Below, piece after piece: positions 36,795-48,263 of a stretch of 64,000 nt of DNA. The translations under genes were made by a program, and so were the position numbers. Origin of the DNA: Eutreptiella sp. 'Long Island Sound 2002'. Its lineage: Eukaryota > Protista > Euglenida. The notes below the pieces were generated by a model, which had not been told where the DNA came from, made no database searches, and worked only from the letters and a program-made list of their open reading frames with translations. The stretch's first letter is position 1, and each line of letters starts with the position of its first letter. The DNA is taken from assembly GCA_964036045.1 (NCBI GenBank), contig OZ038379.1, positions 15,996,001-16,060,000 on the forward strand, in the 5' to 3' direction.

Positions 36795-38165
36795 TTCCCA
36801 CTGCTGATTTTATCCCCTGCTCTGAAGCGTTGGGGACTGCGGGGGTGATGTAACCAATCTGCCCACTTGTGGGCCACTTCTGTTTTTGTCCCCTGCTCGG
36901 AAGCTTTGGGGACCCCAGACGGCAAGGGTGATGTAGCCACTAGGCCCACTTGTTGGCCAATTCTGATTTTGTCCCTCGCTGTGAAGCATTGGGGACCCCC
37001 CAGACGGCAAGAGTGATGTAGCCAATCTGCCCACCTGTGGGCCCCTTCTGATTTTGTGCTCCGCTCTGAAGCGTTGAGGACCCCGCAAACGGCAGGGGTG
37101 ATGTAGCCAATCTGCCCACTTGTGGGCCACTTCTGATTTTGTCCCCCGCTTTGAAGCATTGGGGACCCTGCAGATGGTAGGGGTGATGTAGCCACCACGT
37201 CCACTTGTGGGCCACTTCTGATTTGATACCCCGCTCTGAAGCGTTGGGGACCCGCAGACGGCAAGGGTGATGTAGCCACTGGGCCCACTTGTGGGCCAAT
37301 TTTGATTTTGTCCCCCGCTCGGAAGTGGGGACCGTGCAAACGGCAGGGGTGATGTAGCCAATCTGCCCACTTGTGGGCTACTTCTGATTTTGTCCCCCGC
37401 CGTGAAGCGTTGGGCGCCCCGCAAACGGCAGGGGTGATGTAGCCAATCTGCCCACTTGTGGGTGACTTCTTATTTTGTCCCCCGCTCTGAAGCATTCGCG
37501 ACCCCCCAGGTGGCAGGGGTGATATAGCCACCACATGGGCCACTTCTGATTTTGTCCCCTGCTCGGAAGCGTTGGGGACCCTACAGACGGCAGGGGTGAT
37601 GTAGCCAATCTGCCCACTTGTGGGCGACTTCTTATTTTGTCCCCCGCTTTGAAGCATTCGCGACCCCCCAGGTGGCAGGGGTGATGTAGCCACCACATGG
37701 GCCACTTCTGATTTTGTCCCCTGCTCGGAAGCGTTGGGGACCCTACAGACGGCAGGGGTGATGTAGCCAATCTGCCCACTTGTGGGCGACTTCTTATTTT
37801 GTCCCCCGCTTTGAAGCATTCGCGACCCCCCAGGTGGCAGGGGTGATGTAGCCACCACATGGGCCACTTCTGATTTTGTCCCCTGCTCGGAAGCGTTGGG
37901 GACCCAGCAGACGGCAGGGGTGATGTAGCCAACAAGTCCACGTGTGGACCACTTCTGATTTTGTCACTTGCTCTGTAGCGTTGTGAATCCCCCCAATTGG
38001 CAAGGGTAATGTAGCCACTAGGCCCACTTGTGGGCCGATTCTGATTTTGTCCCCTGCTCGGAAGCGTTGGGGACCCTGCAGACGGCAGGGGTGATGTAGC
38101 CACAAGGTCCACCTATGGGCCAATTCTGATTTTGTGCTCTGCTCTGAAGTGTTGGGGTGATGGAC
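36795..38165. repeat. Satellite of about 16 units of 85 bp (with 77-bp variants) containing a 162-bp higher-order repeat
   Basis: The marker gatgta-gcca recurs at 36853, 36936, 37021, 37106, 37191, 37276, 37357, 37442, 37527, 37604, 37689, 37766, 37851, 37928, 38014 and 38099. Spacing alternates 77/85 from 37527 to 37928. Confidence 0.92.
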
Positions 38166-40107
38166 TCCCACGCTTTGGCGTGGCCCCTTGAGTTGGGGTC
38201 TAGGACTAGCTACATTTGAATTTTGTCCCTTGCATTGGGACCCTACGGTGCCTTGAGGGTGCTGGCCGGCGGGTAATGGCTCATTGCTTTGCAGAGGGGC
38301 CGGTGCCAAACATGCCTATTTGATATTCACGTTTCTTCAATTCCTATACTTCAATGGCTCTTTGTAGTCGCTTCAATTTCTGGCTCAAATATTGCAATGG
38401 GCCAAGGCTTGTGTCTTGCAAAGGTGGTTGAAGCGGGGAGGTGATGTACCCTTGTGGGTTGTGGTCCGCAACCACCACCTCGAGTTGCTATGACCATAGG
38501 CAACACGCTCGCCGGTGCCCACAAATGGCATATACCATATATAGGTAGTGCCGCAAGTAGTTGTCTTTGCTTATGTGCACTTATAAAAGTGTGCCATGGT
38601 GTGATGGGATTGCTCATGTGGCTATGAATTGTTGCATCTTTGTGATGAGGTGGCTGGCCATAGGGGAAGCCTCGCGGACGTTGATGTTATCTTGACACTT
38701 TTGCCGGAAGGATTCATCAAGGAAGCACTGCGCATCATCAATGCAGATCGCTCTGTCCGAGTCCCCGGCACCATCCCTGAGTATGGATGGGAGGGGGAAG
38801 TGAGTGGTTGGAAGCCTGGAGAATCTCCCCCTGCCCCAGCCTCCAACTCTGAGTCCCCGCCCCCATCTACTTCCCCCCTCCTTTTTGACGAAGAGGATCC
38901 CCTTTTGGAACCCGAGGGCAACATTGCTGCCTCCTCCTCGGAGCCAACAGTTGCAGAATCTCGTGCCTTCCTAGCCTCCAACTCCGAGGACGTGCCCCCA
39001 GATGGAAAGTCAGCGAAGGGCAATGTTAAGGCCCCTCCACAGACCCCGCACTCCGCTTCCTCTTCTCACACCCCCCCCCTCCCCCACAAGTGATGACGTC
39101 TGTCCATACGTGCTCATCCGTGGGAAGCGTGTCGAGGTCCCCGAGGTGTGCCCAAAGGGCGCAAAAAAAAAGAGGATCGGCTGGTAAACGACCAATGATT
39201 TATTGACGAGTTGGAATAGTTCCTTGCGAAGGACATCCGTGACGCTTGTGCGCGGAACAACAATCCGTGTGCAAAGCTGAGGGCATCGGACACAAAGGCT
39301 GCTTTGATCTACAAGCGTGTGTTCGCCGACTTCTTATACTTGGCTCCATGCCATTATGGTTGCATGCAAAGAATGTAGTTAGCCTGAGGTGACCGGACTC
39401 AAGTGTTATCGCTGGCTTGAGCTTCGTAGCCGGTTGTGCCGTCAACAATATAGTCATTGTGATACCGCTTGCCAAAGGATGAAGGGTAAATTGCATTTTT
39501 GGTTTGCGATCATGATGAGCACCTCATATGGGTGTGCTCCACATTATTTCCGCCATCTGCCGGCGATGAGTATAAAAACCACCCTTCACGCCGAGGCTCC
39601 GTTGCTTTACCCGTGCCGGAGGTACCCAAAATGTCCGTCGGGGCTACATGCTTCACCTCCTGTGGTAGCAATGGCGGTTGTTGGTGGTTCTTGTGCCCCC
39701 CCCCCCCCCTGTTTTTTTGTTTTTTGGAAAAAAGCCTTTTTTCCCCACTCGCGACTTTGGCAAAAAAAAGTTGACGCAACTTACACCAAAAAAAAATCTG
39801 TTGAAAAAAAAGCGTGACTTACGCCCCCCAAAAAAAGTTACGCGACTTACGCCAAAAAAAAAAAGCGAGTTTCGCTCATTTCCACAATCGAGCTACGCTT
39901 TCCTCCATTTTGGTGCTATGGCGATACATGCGGACTTCCGTGAACATTTCGAGTTGTTCCTCAAGGAGAGTCACAAGATCCAAACGGACGCCATGCTTGG
40001 CATCTGGTTGGCGGACAAGAAGTTGTGGAAGTACGAGATGGTATGAGGTTGTCCATCATTGTGGGGGTGTAGTATGGTCTATATAAGCAAGAGTATTGCC
40101 AATTGTA

Positions 40108-40597
40108 CCCCCCCCCCCTTGCAAACTCCCACCCCTTGCAATCCCCCCCCCCCCCGGGAGACCGTCACTTCCATGTTTTTCTAGTTAACATGTATTGTGC
40201 TGGTTTGTGTTGCCCATCTGCTTTACGCATGGCCTTGCATTGCTTTCCCATCACTTCAAATCAAGCACCTGTGTGTTTTCTGTGATACTCTCTCTCCAAA
40301 GGCGTTGTATGGGTGTGTTGTGTTGCTACTTCAGACCCAAGATGTTTTCTCCCGGTGACCATGTACCACTCACACACACTTGGTGCACATGTGTTGGCCA
40401 CTGTCGTGGGCCCTTCACCAAATGGGCCACAGTTTTGCCACGTTCGGTACATACGCCCTGGTGGGGTCACTCCGGTGGATCATGAGAGCGCCCAACTCTC
40501 AAGGCTAGAGGCTGTGGCGGTTGGATCACCCTTGCAATCCCCCCCCCCCCACCCGGGAGACCGTCGCGCGCTAACCCGGGAGTTTGCAAGGGGGGGG
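40108..40597. mobile_element. MITE-like element with perfect 20-bp terminal inverted repeats
   Basis: ccccccccttgcaaactccc (40111-40130) is the exact revcomp of gggagtttgcaagggggggg (40578-40597). An internal direct repeat ccttgcaatcccccccccc..cgggagaccgtc is present. No TSD recognised. Confidence 0.65.
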
Positions 40598-41399
40598 CAG
40601 GGTAGCCAAAATCCCCCATTTCTCCCTGTAATATGCGCGCTGTGCGCGCGTTATGCGTGCGCTATGCACGAACACCCCCCTCCCCTCAGCCCCATCCAAC
40701 TGACAGGCAAAGTGCAGGATGCCCATCTTTGGACAAGCCCGCTGCTACCTGCATCTTGGCATCGTCTGCTGGATCGCTCTTGCCTACGACCTCTTTGGTT
40801 CCATGGGCAAGGTTTAAACGCCAAGTTTCTGGATGAACACTCGGGATTTCCAGTCACGTAGGGGCACCATGAGCAGCCAGCGTACACAGGCCTGGGTCCG
40901 GTCGCCATTTTGCATGCTACTGACGATGCCCTTACTCCCGAGGTGTTCTTGCAGTCTTCAAGCCACTTCAATGGGGTTTTGGCAATTAGCTATCAAACAC
41001 CCTTGAAAATGTATACAACAACTTGAGATTGCACTGGACACATGGTGTGCAGCATGACTTATCAATGTGGGCTTTGTGCCCCGAAGAAAAAGACAGCTAG
41101 AAACATGACAAGAAAAAGACAGCTAGAAACATGACAAAACCGCACCATGAGCATGGTGTGTCACAATTTCACACTGCAGTGCAGTTGACACCCCCCTAGA
41201 AAGACCCCAAGACAGTAGGGGTTGCACAGCCACTTTTGAATACGTTCGTTGAACCTTCCGGTGCTACTGAGGTGAATTGGCCCATTGGAGGGGTTTGGAA
41301 AACTGAGCGCTTTGGAATCCGAAATATGCGGCACATGATTACAAGGTCATCATCGCTGTAGAGATGTGGGGTAATTTTGGATAGACTACCTCAACACAT

Positions 41400-42110
41400 G
41401 TGACACATGTTGTGTTTAATGAACAGTTTTGTCCTCACAAGTGTGTGGGTCAATACACTCTGCACAATAGGTGGGGTGCTTCTGACAGCACAATGCACAA
41501 ACCTCAACCCCATCCCTCCGTCATCTTGCGTGGCTACTTAGTTGCTTGCGCCAACAGTTTTCCAAACATGAGGGAGAATATATTCCCACAGTCCGTAAAG
41601 GGGGTAATGAACCTACCTCTGGATACAAAATTGTGCAAAATGCAACACCATACAAACTGATTGATGCAATTCATTTGGACCACCAGGCCAGATGTTCCCA
41701 ACCAAATGCCACAAATGAGAAGAGTTGCTCAATCCGCACCCTGTACCACCCATGTGCATCATTGTATAACTGTTGTTGGGCTGTCCAAGTGCCAATCCTT
41801 CTTCCAACAAAAAGCACAAAGACATGTACCTCCCCCATGTACACCCCCAACCTCAAAATCAAAGAAATCACTGCATGCGAGAGGGTCTATACCCCATTAA
41901 GACATTGGCGGGTGTCCTCGGGGCTGGATGGCAAATCAGATGTGGTATTATGTTGTGTGCTGCATGTTTGGTAGGGAAGGGGTTGGGGTTGATTCTGGTG
42001 TGCTTTGGGGGCTTCCCTAGGGGAGGAGGGTAAAACTGGGGCTACAGTTGGGATACTTGGTGCAAATGTAGTGTGCTGGGCAAACACTCCCCCCAACGGT
42101 GCATAGCCAT
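41400..42110. repeat. Decayed interspersed repeat, with a second copy at about 46840-47420
   Basis: About 41550-41870 matches the revcomp of about 46840-47130, while about 41935-42075 matches about 47270-47400 in direct orientation. Confidence 0.6.
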
Positions 42111-43299
42111 CATACCTCTGAATACAACTTCCTGGGCCTCATACTACATACTTTTCACCACTATACAATACCTGTTACTCTTGTAATATCTTCACAAGCA
42201 TAGTCCTGTGGTGTGGCTGTGCAAAAAGTAAGAGGGCATCACAAGTAGATGTGGGTGTTCATATCTCAAGTTGGTTCAAAACCAGGTCGGAGTTGGCTTT
42301 GAAGGGCGCACATGGGCGAATCTAGGGTTGCACCACAATGGCCTGGCTCTGGGCCCTTTGATGCACTGACGGGGCCGCATTTTTCGGACAATTCATGGAG
42401 TTGGCTCATTCACGCTTCTTTTACACAAGCAAAGAAAGTGTGTTGCACTCTCTCACTCCATTTCTTGCAGACTGGTTGTCTTCTGGGGCAATGGCCAAAA
42501 CAACCAGGTTCTAATTTTTTTAATCAGCTGCACCGTGTTGGGGGTACTACTTGGGTGTTGTGCAGTCACTTGGTGCAACCCACCTCTTTGACAGAGGCAA
42601 TGCAAGCAAATTGTGGCACATGACATTTGTTTTGTGCCTTTGGTGGCCTTGGAGGGCCAGTTTTGAGAAATGACACACACTAGGCCTGTCTATCAGAGCA
42701 AGCCAGCACTTCCTGGGCTGAAGCTCGATGGTTGCAGTTTGTCCAGGATTTGGGACGATGGAACTCATTGGGATGGGATCAGTAAAAGGTGGAGAACCAA
42801 TGCATAAGATAGGTTAAATGTGTATTGTTGCACTCCAATCTGTGAGAGGCGTTCAGATAGTGCATATGTGTCTTTCTAGCATTTGCACTAAGTGGACATT
42901 TCACATAGATTTCTCTTTGGTACTTGGTTCACAATTCACAACCAACTTGAGCAGTGGTTCATACTTCTCATCTCCAAGAATAGAGTGCAATGTATGGCTA
43001 TATCTGCCTTCCGTATCCGGGTCGGGCTTCATGCCCTGATGGCCACATATCACCCGATGGCTACATCGGGGCTAGCCCTATTCCAATAATAGGGCTAGAA
43101 ATTGGCTACATATTCCCAAACATCTTGGGGCCGCCAACGTGGAGGAAAAACAAAGGCCACTTAAGCTAGGATCTAGGATCATTTTTGAAAAAATTCAGTT
43201 TTTGTGCCCAGTGGACCTTGTTGACCTATTTTGGCATCCACCTCTTTGCGCTTCTTGTAGCTTGGCGTAGCCTAGTGGTCCCAGGAACGGGGGTTTAGG

Positions 43300-44010
43300 T
43301 GTCCGGTTGAGGAATTCTCAGGGCTGAAAACCACAAGAGGTTGAAAGAACGCAATCAAAAGTGGTTCCGTAACCCGTGCTGTCTCATGGTCCCCCAAGTG
43401 GGCAAGAATCAAAGTGACTACATGACCCTTGCTGTCTAGGGTTGTCCACGGTGGAGAGGAATCAAAGTGGCGACAAAACCGATGTTTTGCCAAAAACATA
43501 CGTTTTGTTCATAGTGCTTACTGTTTTTCTTGATGTTTGACAGTACGAGACAGAATGCGAATTGACTGACGTGCAGGGCAGGTGAGGGAAGCAATCACAA
43601 AACCCTTGCCTTCTCAGGGTCTTGTGAGTGGGCAAGAATCAACATAACACTTACCATAACGGGGTCTCCAAAGCAGAGAGGAATCAAAGTGGCTGCATAA
43701 ACCATGCCTTGTCCAGGTTTCCGGGGCAAAGAGCAATCAAACAAGTTGCGTACACACTGCCTTCTCGGGGTCCCTAGAGCAGGGAGGAATCAAAATGGTT
43801 ACATAACCCCGACCGTCTTGGGGCCTCCAAAGTGGAGAGGAATCAAAGTGGCTATTTTACTCTTGCCATCTTGAGGTCTCCATGGTGGAGAGGCATCAAA
43901 ATGGCTGCAAAACCCATGGCATCTCGGGTTCTCAAAAGCAAAGAGGAACCTGTTGTCTCGGGTCTGCAAAGTGGAGAGGAATCAAAGTGACTATGCAACC
44001 CTCGCCTTCT
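43300..44010. repeat. Degenerate minisatellite of about 52 bp (roughly 11 units), related to the 85-bp satellite in opposite orientation
   Basis: Core ggagaggaatcaaagtggct...accc(t)tgcc recurs every 45-56 bp. Compare the revcomp of the 85-bp unit: aaatcagaagtggc...ggctacatcacccctgccgt. Confidence 0.7.
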
Positions 44011-45126
44011 TAGTGTCCCTTGGTGTTTGCCTCATGCGAAGCTCTATTCTTTACATTAAATGCATGTGCAACCTTGATCTTGTTCTATCATGGGCTTCAT
44101 TGTGGGATTAGTGAGTGGTGGGCGCATACCAAGCATCTTTTTAGGCCGAAATGCCCCCCAACAAACACTACACCGTGCACTATCCAAGACTTCCCCACCA
44201 AGTTGCCGAGCTACTCATGCCTACACTCACCCCATTAAAATTGTCCTTGGAGGTGCTCTTCATCTAGAATTTCTAGGATCCCCAAGGTGGGGGGGGGGGA
44301 TTGCTTTGCAAGATTCTCTGACCATTGTTACTATTGTTGCCATTGTAAATAACCATAATGGCAAGTTGCAACCATGGGGCATGCGTTGGATGAGCATTTG
44401 ACAGGTGTGTGCCAAGTGGTGCTTGTGGGGGAAGGGTAGATTTGGAATTTCCAATCCCCTTTTTGGGAGGGGCGGGGGTTGAGATGCAAGGCTGTGGGGG
44501 GGGGGGGGGCAAAGCCATGAGATGGGTATTGCTAGGGGGGTTGCTGACAACGTGTAGCAGATCTTTCAACTAGGGAACACCGTTGGTGTGAAAACATGGG
44601 CACAATAGCAGCATGGCAAATATGGTTTGGAAGTATGTGCAAACCCCATTGTATGGTCATGTCACCGGTCTATCATGCCAATGGCAGTGGTACCCTAACT
44701 TGGGTCAAAGGGAATCACTATAGGTAGCACCAGTGATCCTAACTCTTGGGTATGCCTCAAAAAGGCAGAGGCTAATGCTCAAATGGGGCAAATAAAATCC
44801 AGTGCAACCCCAATAGCTCGTGCTCATAGAGGGTATGTTTGCCCGGCGCGCCTGCCATCCAAATGAATGGTCCAGCCATCCATCCCAATGCTTTACCCCC
44901 AAACATCAGTCCCTCCTCTAGCCCAGGAACCCCAAGCACAACACATTGTATGATTGTTGATAATCAATTAAATTTCCATATTTTCGCCCAACAAATGGGA
45001 CGATCATATGCACCCTACCCTTGTAGGCCCCATCATGGCCACCCGCCTCAAAATCAAAGAATCCCCCTCTTGTGCGTGGCGGACGGCTCAAGTGGCCACA
45101 CCGAAGAGTGGGAGTGGGGGAACCTT

Positions 45127-45520
45127 GGGGGAACCCTTGCACTGCGCGCTACTTTTAGACTAAATTCCCTTGTGAAGAACCCATACCGACCCCTTCCAAA
45201 CACCCTCAAAATTAGGCCACCCTAGCTACCCAAGTGCCCCGAAATTTAGGCCACCCAAACTACCCTAGCTCAAGACAAATGCAGCTACCTTACCTTTATA
45301 TAAATCACCATGCGGAAAGCCACGCACATATCCTCTTTTTCGTTCAATTGAAAGCTCACTCACCCTACCAGCTAGTCCCAAAGCCACGTATGTGTCCACC
45401 CCTTCCTCAATTGGACCGTGGGGCAAAGTTTCTTGCTGGAGCGAATCCATATCAACCTGTGTTTTCAACTTGTGGCACAACCACGCTTCCTCATCAGCAG
45501 GGATGCAGCCTTGCATAGGG
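45127..45520 (-). mobile_element. Truncated PIF/Harbinger-like element (copy 2, one end only)
   Basis: ctt|gggggaacccttgcactgcgcgctacttttagactaaattccc...ccctcaaaattaggccacc...ctaccctagctcaagac is nearly identical to the end at 11648. Confidence 0.6.
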
Positions 45521-45857
45521 CATTCGACGATGGCCAGGCAAAAACCGGCAGTCCATCACGTCAACTCGAGGGGCCACGCCAAAGCGTGGGAGTCCATCAC
45601 CCCAACTCAAGGGCCCACACCAAAATGTGGGAGTCCATGGTGAAGATGAGCAAAAAAAATGTGAAAAGGGGGGAAATGGGTGAAGGTGGGTGAAAATCCA
45701 AAAGTGCCATATCCCCCATGTGGAAGAAGCATCAAAACCTATGCTAGGGGCAACAGTGATGCCCCTAGTATCACAAACTATGCCCTCACAAGAGAAATGT
45801 GCTGTAGGTCACACGTACAGTGCCGTGATGTGAAGGCCACGGGCCGGGCCGAGCCCC

Positions 45858-46712
45858 CTACTGCTCTGCCGGCGGCGCTTCCTCAATGTCGTAAAGAACG
45901 CGGTACACAGGGAACTGTGAGGTGTCGATCCAGCCGTCCACGTCCTGGAACGTCACGTTCAGTCATCCCGCGTGGGGCATACGAAGCGTCGTGGGCTTCG
46001 TCTTGGGAAGGATCTGGAGGACGGAGTGCACCATCGTCCGCCATCGTCCGCCGAACCCAAACACGTCCCCTGACTCCAGTTTGATTGTCTCGTGGTCGGC
46101 ATCGTAGTCCAGTTCGAAGCCGAACACCGTAGTGTCCCCCACGCTCAACGCCACGATCGGGCGCGTCGTCTATCTGCGGATTTGCTCCGGGTTTTCACTA
46201 TCCTTGTGCCACTTGAACTCCGCCTGCTCATCATAAAAGTTCACGAGGCAAGTGGTCGGATTGTAGTCGCACTGCAATGCAGGGCACATGCCTTGCACCA
46301 CCCTCAGGTACCGCATGCATAACTCGGTCCACTGCAGGGGGAAGTCTGCGGTCGCGGTCTGTGCGACAACATGCCCCCTGTGCCCTTGATTAAGCCGGGC
46401 TCGGCCAGTGGGCTGCACCTCGTAAAAACCCCCCTGCCGCTCCCCCTTCTGCCTGGTCCACCAGCCAATGTTGGGTATCAAGTCCATGGCCCACTTCAGG
46501 ATCACAAGGCCGCCCGAACGGATGACGCGATGCTGTGTGGACATGGGGACATATTTCATGGGCGAGATGCCAAAGTCCAATCTTGAGGATGCTGGAGCTT
46601 TGGCGCCGAGGGCACTGGAACATCCTGGCTGGCCCCAACTCGGCCCTGCCCCTGCAGAGGGCTTTGCCGGTTTCTTGGGTGCCCCCTTCTTCTTCTTGCC
46701 GCCGATTTGCAT
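45858..46712 (-). pseudogene. AlkB-family 2OG-Fe(II) dioxygenase pseudogene (intronless)
   Basis: Motifs CLVNFYDEQAEFKWHKDSE (HxD), PIVALSVGD, LESGDVFGFGG..R.MVHSV and G*LNVTFQ (normally GRxNxTFR). In-frame stops at 46170-46172 (TAG) and 45963-45965 (TGA), and probable compensating frameshifts near 46430-46490. Confidence 0.85.
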
Positions 46713-48263
46713 TACGGTGCAAGTGCAATGGGACTCACATGATGAGACTCTAAACAAAGATGGCGCAAAACTCGGGAACTGACGCCAATAGCCCTATGTT
46801 CAGTGCTCGGAGGCACAGGCAAGGTGATTTCTTTGATTTGGTTGATTGAGGTTGGGCCATGATGGGGTGCATGTCTTTGTGGTTTTGACGGCCCAACAAT
46901 ACTTATACAATGATGTACATGGGTGGTATAGGGTACGGATTGCGCAATTTTTTGCTCATTTGTGGCATTGGGATTTGGAAAGGAACATCCCGCGTAGTGG
47001 TCCAAATGAATTGCAGCAATCAGTTCATATGTTGTTGCATTTTACACAATTTTGTATCTAGAGGTGGGTTCATTATCCCCTTCATGTGTATGTGTGGAAG
47101 GCTACTGATGCAAGCAACCGAGCAGCCACACAAGATGACAGATTGGAGGTTGTGCATTGTGCTGCCAACAGCACACCACACTTTGTGGTGTGCAGCATGA
47201 AACTCATTCCACAGAGAACTGTTTATTAGGCACAACACATGTCTTGTGTGTTGAGGAAATGGAATTCACAGATTTGGTATTATGTTGTCTGCTTTGTAGG
47301 GAAGGGGTTGGGGTTGATTCTAGTCTGCTTGGAGAGCTTCTCTAGGGGAGGGCAAAACTGGGGCCAAAGTCGGCATACTTGGCACAAAAGTTGCGCACCC
47401 AGTACGCACCGCGCAACCACTCCCTCACCGTTACCAAACAGTGAGTGCTCTGAGGGTGTTGGAGGAGGAGATGCATTCTGTTGCACCTTGTCCACGTGGA
47501 ATGCGCCCAGGAGATGCCTCAACCTGCTCCAGTGACGGTTCCTGCCATGTTTGGGATAGGTCTCAGAAAGATGGCCACTGTTAATACCAGGGCCACTCAA
47601 GAACAGGTGAGGGAAGTTTGCACCCATGGTGTGCACAGCATCCATTTGCAAACTCGGTTGCTGTCAAATTTTGTCATTGAACCACCTTGTAGTGTTGGTT
47701 AATCACCATCTGCTGTCTGCATACCAATGCCGCCCCACTTCCCCAGCAAACCTACTCTACTTTCGCCCCCCCCCCCCCCCCCCACCCCCGTGTTTGTCGC
47801 TGGCTTTGTTGAACAAAGCCAGTCTTCCAGAGGGTCCGTGCACACTGCCAATGACATATTTCTCTCAACCTGGTTCCCTTTTTTTCAAGAAACTTGCCTC
47901 AGCGCTTGTTGGAGCCTCCTGGAAAGTGTCCACCACTGGCTGATACGCGCGGCATCCTTACTGAGAGTACACCTGAACCCATCCATTTCAGAATTCAGCC
48001 AGGGGCAGGACCTGTTGGTGCCTCCATTCACTCACTTTTTGCCCAAACAGCACTGGAGCTCGTGTCAGGCTGCAACACAGCTCAGTGGAATGGGACATAT
48101 GATGACCCCCAATGTGATGCATGATGATTCCAATGTGAAGGATAAGGGGACGCATTCTGCGTCCCGTGTGATGACCCGCCCCCCCTGGCTACGCTCAACG
48201 GGACGCGTGACGATGACCCACAACGCCTCCCCCTCTCGTGGCGCCTTTCAGAGTGTTGCACAG

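Noticed and set aside
36677-38309. 396-, 244-, 204- and 171-aa repetitive ORFs
   Set aside because: By-products of the stop-poor 85/162-bp satellite.
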